DNA of 46,558 nt, taken from Macrostomum lignano. Its lineage: Eukaryota. Location of the stretch: assembly GCA_002269645.1 (NCBI GenBank), contig NIVC01004422.1, positions 1 through 46,558 of the forward strand. Direction: 5' to 3'. Position 1 is the first letter of the stretch, and each line of letters begins with the position of its first letter. The notes below the pieces were generated by a model, which saw only the letters and a list, made by a program, of their open reading frames with translations, was not told where the DNA came from and made no database searches. Below, one piece after another: positions 23,263 to 36,236 of this stretch. Position numbers and translations under genes: made by a program.

Positions 23263-24602
23263 CTTGTATTTAGCTTGTCAAACTTTGCACCATGTTATTT
23301 CAATTGAATGCAAAAGATAGAGCGGGTCAAGTGATGTACATCCCTCATATGTACCTCTGCTCATTGATTTTATCAGACTGACAAATGATGTTTAAAAGCC
23401 AAAAATTCATTTCATTAGACGCAAATTTTTGACCTGACGAAGAGCCCGAGGCTTGGAAACCGGTTGCCAATTTTTCAGCTCCAAGTATTTTAAACTCAAT
23501 ACGGCGTGACCTCCTAATTCTCTCTCTCCTTCTCTCTAGAAAGTTGCCATTGATCATTTTGAGTCGTAATTTTCATGGCAGCGTTTACATGCACTTTTGC
23601 ACTTTTGCAGTGTACCGAAAAAGTATATATACCCTATATACCGAGAATTTCAAGTAGCCCCAGTCGAATTACTCAGTTTTCGCATTATTTTGGCTGTCCA
23701 TCTTTCTCTCATTGATGGCAGAAGCCGCGGCAGTAGTTGTAGAATCGTCAGCAGCCACCGCATATTGTTGCACTGTTCGGCGAGCCAAAAGTCGAAAGAA
23801 AGAATATCACACAGAATGCTCATTTGAGTAAAAACTATCTGGACGAATTAAAACGCCATGACCCACTCTTGGTAGTAGTCTCAGAAAGCAAGTAATACAA
23901 GCCATAGACTATTTAAAAGTAGCTATTTGGTCAATGCTGTTCTGTGGTGATATGCTGCACATGTATAAATAATAATACGACCCGGTCTTGCCAACTGCTC
24001 AGTAGATCTGGTGTCTCATGTACAGTAGTATGCAATCTGTTAGTGATGCTTGGTTGCAGGCAGGTCAGAATTTGCTCTAGGCTGTACTTTAAGTAAATGA
24101 TCCCTGTTGGCTACGAAATTCTGACGTTCACCTGCGTTTCTGCATGGAATTCTCGCAAAAGCAATTACCATATAGCACAATGCGAGCTGACATTCGCTGG
24201 CGACGTGTCCGCGACTTCTGTACAGTATATGAGCGAGCACCACCACCCCAACCCCCCCCCCCCGACCCGAGCCGCACACGGTTTGCTGCGCCATATTGTG
24301 CATGCAAATGACTGCGAGTATTTCTTTCTTTCAGCACAGCACAATAGGTTAGCTCCCACGATCTCTTGCTGCATGAGTCTGTCTCCATTTCTTGTACAAT
24401 GGGCGCAAGCCGCAGTTGTGAAGCCGTACGCAGAGAGGTGAGTGCATACAGTCACAGACTGGGCGGCATCCCGTTTTGAGTTAAAAAGCAACGCACTGTG
24501 CCATTTGAGCTTTAGAAACTGAACTCAATTTTGACTCCTGTTTTAGCTCCTCGATTCTCCGTGCAGCTGAAACAGGATTCCTGTAAGATTTTATGCTCAT
24601 AC

Positions 24603-26695
24603 ATGGCAAGAGCGTCCCCAGCTTTTCTCACCAGATGGCTCTGCCTTCTCCAACTCGTATCCGTTGCGTTGGTGAGTTTGCCCCTACCCTGACCCCTCGT
24701 CTATGCGCAACCGCATAGCTTCAGCTCTTGACTAGAACCATTGAAGTTTGCGGTCAGGTTCATAGTTTCCACCCAGAAATGCAGCAGTAATTCTGTGTTG
24801 GCTCACAGAAAATGGGGCTAAACTGGGCTAACTAGCTCGTACAACCCCAGCATACAGTATTACCCCTAACTCGAGCTTAGCTCTTCTTTGGGTCGCACTT
24901 ACCGGGGGCAAAACGCTACAGACTCCTACTCTTTTACCCACTTCAGCTGCTGTTGACCTACATCTACGTTTTTACCACGGCTTCCGGTGAGAAGCAGAGA
25001 TATGCTTCCGGCGGACAGTTGCGGCCTGGAGACCAGCAGCTGATCGAAATTAAAGACAAACTGATCGTCGGAACCGATGGGCAAACGGATGCTGGGAACC
25101 AACAAGCAAAGCCTGATGGTGCAGGAAAGAAAAATACGGGAAAGGGTCCTCCAGATGAAAGCACACTGCAGTCAAACCAACCGATTGAAAAAGAACGGAC
25201 TAAGACCGATAACTCGGTGCGCCACAATGGCAGTGGTAAAGCAGGAAAAACTAATGATAAACAAAACCATCCTAAAGACCAAAGGCATGAAGGAGCACGA
25301 ACCAAAGAAAAACAATTTAAGGATAAAAAGCCACAACCCAAACACAAGAAAGCAAAGGCTGAACAGCAGAAACAGAAAGACAAGAAAGCAAAGGCTGAAC
25401 AGCAGAAGCAGAAAGACAAGAAAGCAAAGGGTAAACAGACAAAACCTACAAAAAAGAAGCCAAAAACCAAAGCCAAACAAGACGAAGCTATCAGGATTCC
25501 CCCAGCGACGTTTGAGATCCCCCACATTCTGCACCACACCTTTGCCTCCGAGATGGTCTACGAGAACTACCGGCCATTGATCAGCCGCTGCCTGAAACTC
25601 AACCCGGACTGGACTTACTACCTGTGGCGGGACTCCGACGCTAAGGCCATCATCTCCAAGGAGTATCCTCAATACTGGAAGACGTACACGCGCTTCAAAG
25701 ACAATTTGCAGCGCTCGGACGCCATTAGATACGTCATCCTGCACCGGTTCGGAGGTGCTGCACGTGAACTTTTTATGTAGATGTTATTTAGTTTCCTGAA
25801 TACGAGTGTGCTGCATATCTGGGTGTGAGTCCAAATGCATCTTCCCAGATCGCAATTAGGTGATATCATCCTCGAGTTCCGTTGCCATGAGTTCCATTCT
25901 GCATACATTAATTGCTTTTTAACTGACAATAAATGTAGATTCTGACTCATAGGTGTCCTTTCGGCCCACAGGCATCTACCTTGATATGGACGTCGAGTGC
26001 CTGCAGCCGTTCCCCTCGTCTCTCACGCGTCAGGCGGCCTTCCTCGACCAGGAGCGGCTGGAGCAGACCAGAATCTTTTGGAGGCGGGACTTCAGCGCGA
26101 TGAACTCAGTCATGGGCTCGGTGCCCGGGCACCCTTTTTACAAGGCCATGGCTGACCGGGTGCTCACAAAGAACACTGGGACGAGCGCTTTCAGCACCAC
26201 GGGACCCAAGGTACTCACTGAATTCTTCAAGGAGTACAAAGAGAGCCCAACCAGCTGGATCTGGCCGGTGACGCTGCTGCCTCCTAGCGTTGCGTCCCCA
26301 CTGATGGACAATCAGAAAAACTGGAAGTGGCTCTGCCGGAAAGCCAGTAAGTGCAAAGGCCACCACTATTCTTGACCTTTTCTCATTGTTCAAATGTTGC
26401 AAAATATTTTCCCTTCAAGCTCATTCAGAACCTCGAAATGCTCATCTGAGCCTTTAATTTCTAAGCACCAGCCTCTTCAAATTCCACAGAAAAGCTCGGC
26501 AGTTCGGGTTTCGGCTGGGCCGACATCGGTTGCCGCATGCTGGAGACCAAAAACTGGCACCTTGGCAGCGCTGACAAAAGTACAATCGTAGTGCACAGGT
26601 TTCTTCACCTGGGCTACCATTCCCACCACCGTAAGAGGGGACCTCGGTTTGACGTATCCAAAGAATTTAAATCTAGAGTGAAATTCTATCACTGA
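24603..26695 (+). CDS. GT32 family glycosyltransferase, copy 2, with long Lys/Gln-rich stem, ~485 aa
   Basis: Exons 24603-24671, 24947-25754, 25972-26346, 26490-26695 sum to 1458 nt, open. Anchor MARASPAFLTRWLCLLQLVSVAL|LLLTYIYVF. Same catalytic motifs as copy 1. Ends [34 protein letters not shown]. Confidence 0.9.
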
Positions 26696-27186
26696 AGAGA
26701 CATTATGTTACTTGTACAGTCAGGATTTTTAGTAATGACGCAATGTGCGCGTTTCTTGTACGCTCGTAGCCTTCTGGACCCCCATACATTCTCAGGTATT
26801 TAGCGGATCTGCAAAGATGACTGGAAGAAGATCATGGATTCCCTCTAATTAATAATGCAAACAATACACGCTCTTTCAATGAAGACGGAATTCTGTAGGG
26901 AGTGGATTCTTCCAGCATCGCCCGTATTCTCCCGAGAGACTTAGTCTATTGTATTACCTGTCTTTGTTTAATTGCGTATAGTCGCGATCACCGACTATAG
27001 TCGATCTGTACTTTTATCAATATAAGTGGCGATCGGATTATTGTATGGTTTTGAACTGGTACTTAACATATTTTGGTGCTCTGTGATTGATCAACTCTTG
27101 GTTATTTCACGCCAGTTGGCGACTTCGACTTCTAATACAAGTCAACTCGACCGATAAACCGGTTTGCCTGCGGAGCACAGCAGCAG

Positions 27187-27858
27187 CGGGTGTTGGTACA
27201 TGTAAATATGACGCTACTAGTCCGGGTGTTGGTACATGTAAATATGACGCTACTAGTCCGGGTGTTGGTACATGTAAATATGACGCTACTAGTCCGGGTG
27301 TTGGTACATGTAAATATGACGCTACTAGTCCGGGTGTTGGTACATGTAAATATGACGCTACTAGTCCGGGTGTTGGTACATGTAAATATGACGCTACTAG
27401 TCCGGGTGTTGGTACATGTAAATATGACGCTACTAGTCCGGGTGTTGGTACATGTAAATATGACGCTACTAGTCCGGGTGTTGGTACATGTAAATATGAC
27501 GCTACTAGTCCGGGTGTTGGTGTAAATATGACGCTACTAGTCCGGGTGTTGGTACATGTAAATATGACGCTACTAGTCCGGGTGTTGGTACATGTAAATA
27601 TGACGCTACTAGTCCGGGTGTTGGTACATGTAAATATGACGCTACTAGTCCGGGTGTTGGTACATGTAAATATGACGCTACTAGTCCGGGTGTTGGTGTA
27701 AATATGACGCTACTAGTCCGGGTGTTGGTACATGTAAATATGACGCTACTAGTCCGGGTGTTGGTACATGTAAATATGACGCTACTAGTCCGGGTGTTGG
27801 AACATGTAAATATGACGCTACTAGTCCGGGTGTTGGTACATGTAAATATGACGCTACC
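27187..27858. repeat. 36-bp tandem repeat CCGGGTGTTGGTACATGTAAATATGACGCTACTAGT (~19 near-perfect copies)
   Basis: Contiguous units with no spacers. Two units lack ACAT. Confidence 0.97.
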
Positions 27859-28215
27859 AGTCATTGTTTATGAGCTTTTTCTGCTTTGAGTCACGAACTC
27901 TTCTCGTGAAAGCGATGTCATAATTAACACTGCAACATACGGTCTTGCCCAACCCGGTGAAAGGAGTAAATGTACAGCTGACTCAATCTTTAATTTAAAC
28001 TGCTGCTGCTGCCAAACAATACCAACGGGTCTCACTCCCAAGTTTCTCTGTCTGTTTTCGCGAGCAGAGCTCATGCAGCTGTACGCAGGGCTGAGTGCAC
28101 ACTCTGGAGCAGCTTTCGAGTGGAAAACAATTCCTTGGATAGTTAAGCTCGAATCGTCGGTACTGTAGAGACTGTGGAGCTTAAATAAATTTCATGCTCT
28201 GTGCTTTTTTCTCAT

Positions 28216-31200
28216 ATGAACATGCTGAGTTTGGTGCCGGCTCCTTTATCAAGAAGGAGGTATTTCCTTTTTCAGCTGATCTTTTCTGCCGTGCTGGTGA
28301 GTTTTCTCGTGTGAACCTCTGTGAAAGTTTGTCTAATTTAGGTCGCTATGGGGGTATTGCAATTTTTTTTCTACAAAATTTCTACAGTGTAATTTCTCCC
28401 ACCTGCAGTTACTCTTGGCCTACATTTTCTTTGTGGCGCCGGCCTCCCAGATGGGGCTCGATTACAACTCCGATAGACTGGTGCAGCTCGATGCGCACCA
28501 ACTGAAGCGAACTCAGGACCAGCTGGCGCAATCTGCAGGAGGCAATCTGCAAAATGACGGCAAAATGGCGCAATCGATAGGCAAACCTGCGCAAAGCATA
28601 GACCAGCCGAAGCAGACTGCAGACCAAGACCCGGAGAAGACAGAAAAGAGACAGGAAAGCAAGGAGCAGAGTGTCGAGTCTAAAAACAACTTAATAGACT
28701 CCATTGAAAAGATGGTTCATCATCAGATAAAGCATCGGGAGCCTTTACAGGAAAACAGTGACAGTGGAGGCAGCCTCAGAAACGCTGGCAGCGGCCCCTC
28801 AAAGACCAAAGAGATCCCTCACATTCTGCACCACACCTTTGCCTCCGAGATGGTCTATAAGAACTACCGGCCAATGATCAGCAGCTGCTTGAAGCTCAAC
28901 CCCAACTGGACTTACTACCTGTGGCGTGACTCCGATGCGATCGCCCTCATCTCTAAGGAGTATCCGGAGTACCTGAAGACTTACCTGAGCTTCAAAGACA
29001 ACCTGCAACGCTCCGACGCCATTCGATACGTCATCCTGCACCGGTTCGGAGGTGAATTTTGTTTTACTTTTGTCAATGAGGAACTGATTGTCTGATACAG
29101 TGTGCTGATACAGTGTGCTGATACAGTGTGCTGATACAGTGTGCTGATAGTGTGCTGATACAGTGTGCTGATACAGTGTGCTGATACAGTGTGCTGATAC
29201 AGTGTGCTGATACAGTGTGCTGATACAGTGTGCTGATACAGTGTGCTGATACAGTGTGCTGATACAGTGTGCTGATACAGTGTGCTGATACAGTGTGCTG
29301 ATACAGTGTGCTGATACAGTGTGCTGATACAGTGTGCTGATACGGTGTGCTGATACAGTGTGCTGATACAGTGTGCTGATACGGTGTGCTGATACAGTGT
29401 GCTGATACAGTGTGCTGATACAGTGTGCTGATACAGTGTGCTGATACAGTGTGCTGATACAGTGTGCTGATACAGTGTGCTGATACAGTGTGCTGATACA
29501 GTGTGCTGATACAGTGTGCTGATACAGTGTGCTGATACAGTGTGCTGATACAGTGTGCTGATACAGTGTGCTGATACAGTGTGCTGATACAGTGTGCTGA
29601 TACAGTGTGCTGATACAGTGTGCTGATACAGTGTGCTGATACAGTGTGCTGATACAGTGTGCTGATACAGTGTGCTGATACAGTGTGCTGATACAGTGTG
29701 CTGATACAGTGTGCTGATACAGTGTGCTGATACAGTGTGCTGATACAGTGTGCTGATACAGTGTGCTGATACAGTGTGCTGATACAGTGTGCTGATACAG
29801 TGTGCTGATACAGTGTGCTGATACAGTGTGCTGATACAGTGTGCTGATACAGTGTGCTGATACAGTGTGCTGATACAGTGTGCTGATACAGTGTGCTGAT
29901 ACAGTGTGCTGATACAGTGTGCTGATACAGTGTGCTGATACAGTGTGCTGATACAGTGTGCTGATACAGTGTGCTGATACAGTGTGCTGATACAGTGTGC
30001 TGATACAGTGGGCTGATACAGTGTGCTGATACAGTGTGCTGATACAGTGTGCTGATACAGTGTGCTGATACAGTGTGCTGATACAGTGTGCTGATACAGT
30101 GTGCTGATACAGTGTGCTGATACAGTGTGCTGATACAGTGTGCTGATACAGTGTGCTGATACAGTGTGCTGATACAGTGTGCTGATACAGTGTGCTGATA
30201 CAGTGTGCTGATACAGTGTGCTGATACAGTGTGCTGATACAGTGTGCTGATACAGTGTGCTGATACAGTGTGCTGATACAGTGTGCTGATACAGTGTGCT
30301 GATACAGTGTGCTGATACAGTGTGCTGATACAGTGGGCTGATACAGTGTGCTGATACAGTGTGCTGATACAGTGTGCTGATACAGTGTGCTGATACAGTG
30401 TGCTGATACAGTGTGCTGATACAGTGTGCTGATACAGTGTGCTGATACAGTGTGCTGATACAGTGTGCTGATACAGTGTGCTGATACAGTGTGCTGATAC
30501 AGTGTGCTGATACAGTGTGCTGATACAGTGTGCTGATACAGTGTGCTGATACAGTGTGCTGATACAGTGTGCTGATACAGTGTGCTGATACAGTGTGCTG
30601 ATACAGTGTGCTGATACAGTGTGCTGATACAGTGTGCTGATACAGTGTGCTGATACAGTGTGCTGATACAGTGTGCTGATACAGTGTGCTGATACAGTGT
30701 GCTGATACAGTGTGCTGATACAGTGTGCTGATACAGTGTGCTGATACAGTGTGCTGATACAGTGTGCTGATACAGTGTGCTGATACAGTGTGCTGATACA
30801 GTGTGCTGATACAGTGTGCTGATACAGTGTGCTGATACAGTGTGCTGATACAGTGTGCTGATACAGTGTGCTGATACAGTGTGCTGATACAGTGTGCTGA
30901 TACAGTGTGCTGATACAGTGTGCTGATACAGTGTGCTGATACAGTGTGCTGATACAGTGTGCTGATACAGTGTGCTGATACAGTGTGCTGATACAGTGTG
31001 CTGATACAGTGTGCTGATACAGTGTGCTGATACAGTGTGCTGATACAGTGTGCTGATACAGTGTGCTGATACAGTGTGCTGATACAGTGTGCTGATACAG
31101 TGTGCTGATACAGTGTGCTGATACAGTGTGCTGATACAGTGTGCTGATACAGTGTGCTGATACAGTGTGCTGATACAGTGTGCTGATACAGTGTGCTGAT

Positions 31201-32621
31201 ACAGTGTGCTGATACAGTGTGCTGATACAGTGTGCTGATACAGTGTGCTGATACAGTGTGCTGATACAGTGTGCTGATACAGTGTGCTGATACAGTGTGC
31301 TGATACAGTGTGCTGATACAGTGTGCTGATACAGTGTGCTGATACAGTGTGCTGATACAGTGTGCTGATACAGTGTGCTGATACAGTGTGCTGATACAGT
31401 GTGCTGATACAGTGTGCTGATACAGTGTGCTGATACAGTGTGCTGATACAGTGTGCTGATACAGTGTGCTGATACAGTGTGCTGATACAGTGTGCTGATA
31501 CAGTGTGCTGATACAGTGTGCTGATACAGTGTGCTGATACAGTGTGCTGATACAGTGTGCTGATACAGTGTGCTGATACAGTGTGCTGATACAGTGTGCT
31601 GATACAGTGTGCTGATACAGTGGAGTGGTGGAATTTTGACGCAGTAACAACGGATAAATTAAAAAAAATAATTCTTTAAAGGTTAATCCAAACTGCCAAA
31701 CGGGAATTAAAAGTACAAAGCTATTGTTCTACTATGTACTGTAAAACTCCCTTGTGACTGACCCACAGGCATCTACCTGGACATGGACGTCGAGTGCCTG
31801 CAGCCCTTCCACCCGGGTCTCACACACCTTGCCGCCTTTATCGACCAGGAGCGGCTGGAGCAGACCAGAATCCTTTGGAGGCGGGACTTCAGCGCGATGA
31901 ACTCAGTCATGGGCTCGGTGCCCGGGCACCCTTTTTACAAGGCCATGGCTGACCGGGTGCTGAAGAAGTACCCAGGAAGGTACGCGTTCCAATCCACCGG
32001 ACCTCTCGCGCTCACCAAATTCTTTCAAGAGTACAAAGGGAGCTCAGAAGCCAAGAGCTGGCCGGTAACGCTGCTGCCTCCGAGCGTTGCATCGCCACTG
32101 ATGGACAATCAGAAAAACTGGAAGTGGCTCTGCCGGAAAGCCAGTAAGCATCTCACTATTGCTATGGTCATTTATTTTTTATTTCTATTTTATTGCAACA
32201 CAACTGCAGAACAGATCGTAAATCCTAGCCATTCATTATTGTGATAAAACACTGTACTCATCTATTGATATTTCATTACTCACTAATATTAACCTACCTT
32301 TGATTTCACAGCAGTCCCATAAATTCCCAACGTGTAACTCGGATTTGGCATAACCCCAGCAACCTGTTCGATTCCGCACTCGCCGTTGCTCCTCATCACC
32401 TCACACATCCCGCAGAGAGGCGCGGCAGCCCGAGGCTCAGCTGGTTCGACAAAGGCTGCCACATGCTGGAGTCCAAGAACTGGCACCTGGGCAGCACTGA
32501 CAAAAGTACAATCGTAGTGCACAGGTTCTTGCACCTTGGGTACGATTCCCACAATCGCAATAGGAGATCGAAGTTCGACGTCTCCAAGGACTTTGGGTCT
32601 AGAGTGAACTTTTATTTGTGA
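28216..32621 (+). CDS. GT32 family glycosyltransferase, copy 3, ~434 aa
   Basis: Exons 28216-28296, 28409-29051, 31769-32143, 32416-32621 sum to 1305 nt, open. Anchor [27 protein letters not shown]|LLLAYIFFV. Motifs [15 protein letters not shown]|IYLDMDVEC and VHRFLHLGY. Confidence 0.9.
29092..31622. repeat. Highly homogeneous 13-bp tandem array (GATACAGTGTGCT)n, ~195 copies, in intron 2 of GT copy 3
   Basis: Directly visible. Only a handful of variant units (e.g. TACGGTG at ~29341 and ~29380, GTGGGCT at ~30008 and ~30333). Confidence 0.98.
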
Positions 32622-35427
32622 AGAGATTTGAGGACGCTGCTATTGTTTAATTAGTTATGAGTATTAGCCAAATACTATTGGGTGCTGACGTGAAACAGCT
32701 CACGAGAAAATTCTCAGCCTCTGACCACGAGAATTGGACCCAACTTGAGAATATTCTCCGAGTGCGAGCAAGGGCTCAAAGAGGATTTGAAACGTATCCC
32801 TCGAATGCAAGGAGCGGAGCATATTGGCTAGATCGCGGAGATTATGAGTATTCTCCGCTCCCTGTATTCGTGGGATACGTTTTGTCTATGGTAGAGGAAA
32901 GTGTTCAACCAACCTCACTCTGGCTCACGGCGTTAATTTTATTGTCTGTGGCAGCGGAGCTTACTTAGTGAGAATCTCCGCTAGCAAAGCACTAGCGACA
33001 TAGACAAGGCGTACAGGCAAAGTGGGATACATTTCAATAGACTGCCTTGTGAGAATGGAAAGAGAAAGAGAAAAAGCAAGAGATTTCTTACAAGAGACAA
33101 AATGGAAACACAGAAGGATGTTGAGGACGAAAACTTTGTCAGCCGCGATCTGTTGGACAGAGCGAAGACACCTGGAGCAATTCATACGGCCTGATGCAAA
33201 CTCGTGCTTTGCCTCTTTTTCTGGATTTTTTCAGGCGCCGCAAACAAAGGGATTTATGAAGGCTTTTTATAACAGCACATCATGAATCGTCATGAATAGG
33301 CAGAACAAACATTCATAGCCATCTACCGCCATCTAGTCATGGCTCACACTTGATATATGATATTCGTTTCGCTTATACATCGCAACAATAGTAGAAAAAT
33401 TGCAAGTGCCATTAAATTTCAAAATGGTAGCAAATTACATGTAGTACTGACAGAAACTTGCATGGATCAAGTACTTGAACTTTTCTTGGAGAGTTTTCTT
33501 AAGACTAGCCTACCTCCCAAATGTATTTGTCTCAGAAATAAAGGATATCCCGATGAAAACGTTACCGTGACAAGAATCGTATTAGAATCGTTTTAGTGAT
33601 TTAAATACGCGTCAAGTGATTCAAATACGCTTCAAGTGATTCAGAAACGATTCTTGTGATTTTAAAACTCTTCTGGAGTGGGTGAGTGAGTCGCACAAAC
33701 TTTTCTGATTGCTGATTGCTCGTCGGTTTTGAATCACACAGAATTACTTTCCCTCCAGTCCCCCAGTGCAACTCCAAAACGCTTCAAAAGCGATTCAAAT
33801 ACGACGCAAACGCTTCATTTACGATTCTAGGCCACAGTCACGTTTTCATCGGGAATTCGTCCTGTTATCGAAGTGACTTCTTGGTGGGTCCTTGGATAGT
33901 TATCCGGGTCTGGGATTTGATCAGCCTTCTATTAACGCCTCGAAACATTTGCTATTTACGTCAGGGATTGCGATGTGCAGGTCAGGAACCGCTACTAAAC
34001 TGCTTGAGGATACAGAAAGCTTGAGGAATTTCTGATAAGGCTTTAGAAGGCATTTGGCGAGCGGCTGGGGAGTTCTGAGAGGACAATTAATGAGCACATG
34101 TCAGCGATAGCTGTGTGAGGTGGATAAAAAGCAGAATGAAAAATGCCAGCCCATTGGCTGGGCTACTGGCGCCGCACAGAGCACAAACTTTGAGCTACAG
34201 CTCATCGCACAGAGCTGAAGACACCAGCGCGGGTCAAACGTTTTATTATACGGTTGAATGGTCCGCGACAGTGTACGCAGCGCAGAGCCCATCAACATTT
34301 CTCAGGCCGTTCTGTGTTTCCACTGCACAGAGCCACAGCCGCCACTCAAAAATTTAATAAAAGAGAGAGAGTTGCTGTTTCTAGCAAAGACAGCGCAGCT
34401 CGGTGCTCGGGTTTCTTCCAGCTATCTTTGAATTTGCCTTGTCTTCTATCATTGTAACAGGGGTCAGACTTTTTAGTGGCCTGACCAGAAGAGTGGCTTG
34501 AAGACGGATTTTCCAGAGCCCACTGCTTGCTTCGACACTGAGTACTCAGAACTTGGACTCAAGCATCTGCTGCCATGGCACGATTGCGAGAAGCTCAAAA
34601 TCTGCTGCTATTAAAGATGTTCTTGGCGTTGAGCGCGGCCACTCTGTTGGTGAGTTACAGCATAATTTATTCGTCGAAATTCACTCACCCTTCATCATAA
34701 TCATATAGATAATAAAAGTAAATCCAAGCTCTGCATATGACGTTTTATTCAACAGTTTTCATGTAAGTGCTAACTTTGCCAAATTTTGATGGATCACCCG
34801 CTAGGCGAGCGATGCACGATCCGTTGGTCAGGCTGCTGCTTGAAGCAACAAGCTGAGCGGTGGCTGCCACTTGTTTACAACCAGATTGCAACTTCAACAG
34901 TTTGAAGTTCAATTCAGGGGGGCTAGCAGACCCCCTGAAACCCAAAATGCATCTGGATGAGTTCCACTTAAATTTGTTCCCGCATTTTCCGCCTCTCTGT
35001 GAACCGTTGAACCGCCACAATTTCAGCTGCTGGGGGCCTTTTCTGTCTTCTTCGACCCGAGGCCAAAACATTTACCGGCGAAGATTGACCCAGTTGTGCA
35101 CAATAGGACCTTTGAGATCCCCAAACTTCTGCACTACACCTTCGCCTCCGAGATGATCTACGAGAACTACCGGCCAATCATCAGCAGCTGCCTGAAGCTC
35201 AACCCCAACTGGACTGTTTACCTGTGGCGGGACTCCGAAGCGATGATCCTTATCTCCGAGCATTTTCCCGGCTACATGAAGACTTACCTGAGATTCAAAG
35301 ACAACCTGCAACGCTCCGACGCCATTTGATACGTCATCCTGTACCTGCTTGGAGGTATGGATAGCGCATAAGAAAAAATTAGATAAGGATGTAAGGGAGT
35401 GGAAAATGAAGGAGTTAGGGCTATTGT

Positions 35428-36236
35428 TGTGAAACGCGAAATCTCCGGGGCGGCTCGTGATCCTCGAGCAGCTACGGCCTCCTAAGACTAATACCAGAGT
35501 ACAAGTACCCCTTCAGGGTGGCGAGCCAGTGATGGCGTCCGACACTCTGACCAAGCTGCCGGTGTCGGGCGGTGCGTACTATCGCTTCTCGTTCCTAGCC
35601 AACAGCTCGTCCCTACGGCAGTACCCGATACAGCATGTCCCGTACCGAACAATGAATAACACAACGAGACTCAAGTTCTTACTGAGGAACGAACACGGCG
35701 GGAGCGGCGGCGAAGGACTAGCCGGTAGCGCGGATTCTCAGACGTTGTGTACCCGTAGGGGCATCTCGGTTCTAATCGATATGGGCAGTGGAATCTCAGA
35801 GCTGAGTTGAGTTGGAAGGTAGCAGCCACAGTTGGTCCCTCACCGCCGCTACACCGAGCTAGATATATATTTGGATTGGCCGGCTAGGCCGCGGGGTATC
35901 GCCCCCCCCGCGCCCACCCGACCAGCCACACAACCAGCTTAGCACATTACAGCGAGAAAGCTGCTGATTGGCCGGCGCGTGAGAGAGGCGACCCGTACCA
36001 ATCAGCAACTGCGCAAGAGACGGAAAACTTGGGGGGGAACGCGCTGAGAGGGGTGGCGCAGCCAGCCAAAGCCGGCCGGCTCAGACAGACTGGGGTGGGT
36101 GGTGCATAAACAACTGAGGAGGGGAAAGTGCAGTGCCCCAGTGCGCCAATCAACTGCAAGCCTGAGATCGCTAGGCAGCGAAAGTACACTACGGCACAAC
36201 ACTATGCATGCATGTTGTATGTACATGTGTATCACA
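35428..36236 (-). mobile_element. Candidate solo LTR in intron 2 of GT copy 4
   Basis: GC-rich ~810-bp block bounded by TGTGAAAC...GTATCACA. It contains CCAAT boxes (GATTGG at ~35874 and ~35966, CCAAT at ~35998) and ATATATAT at ~35863. No clean TSD. Confidence 0.3.

Noticed and set aside
27187-27858. 36-bp direct repeats as a CRISPR array
   Set aside because: The units are contiguous with no spacers, there are no cas genes, and the context is eukaryotic.
28981-31650. 889-aa minus-strand ORF ([13 protein letters not shown])n
   Set aside because: Translation of the 13-bp array (3 units = 13 codons), antisense within a GT intron.
35327-35329. TGA as selenocysteine or programmed readthrough
   Set aside because: The paralogous residue is Arg (CGA), not Cys. 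No SECIS was recognised. A C>T transition is the simpler explanation.
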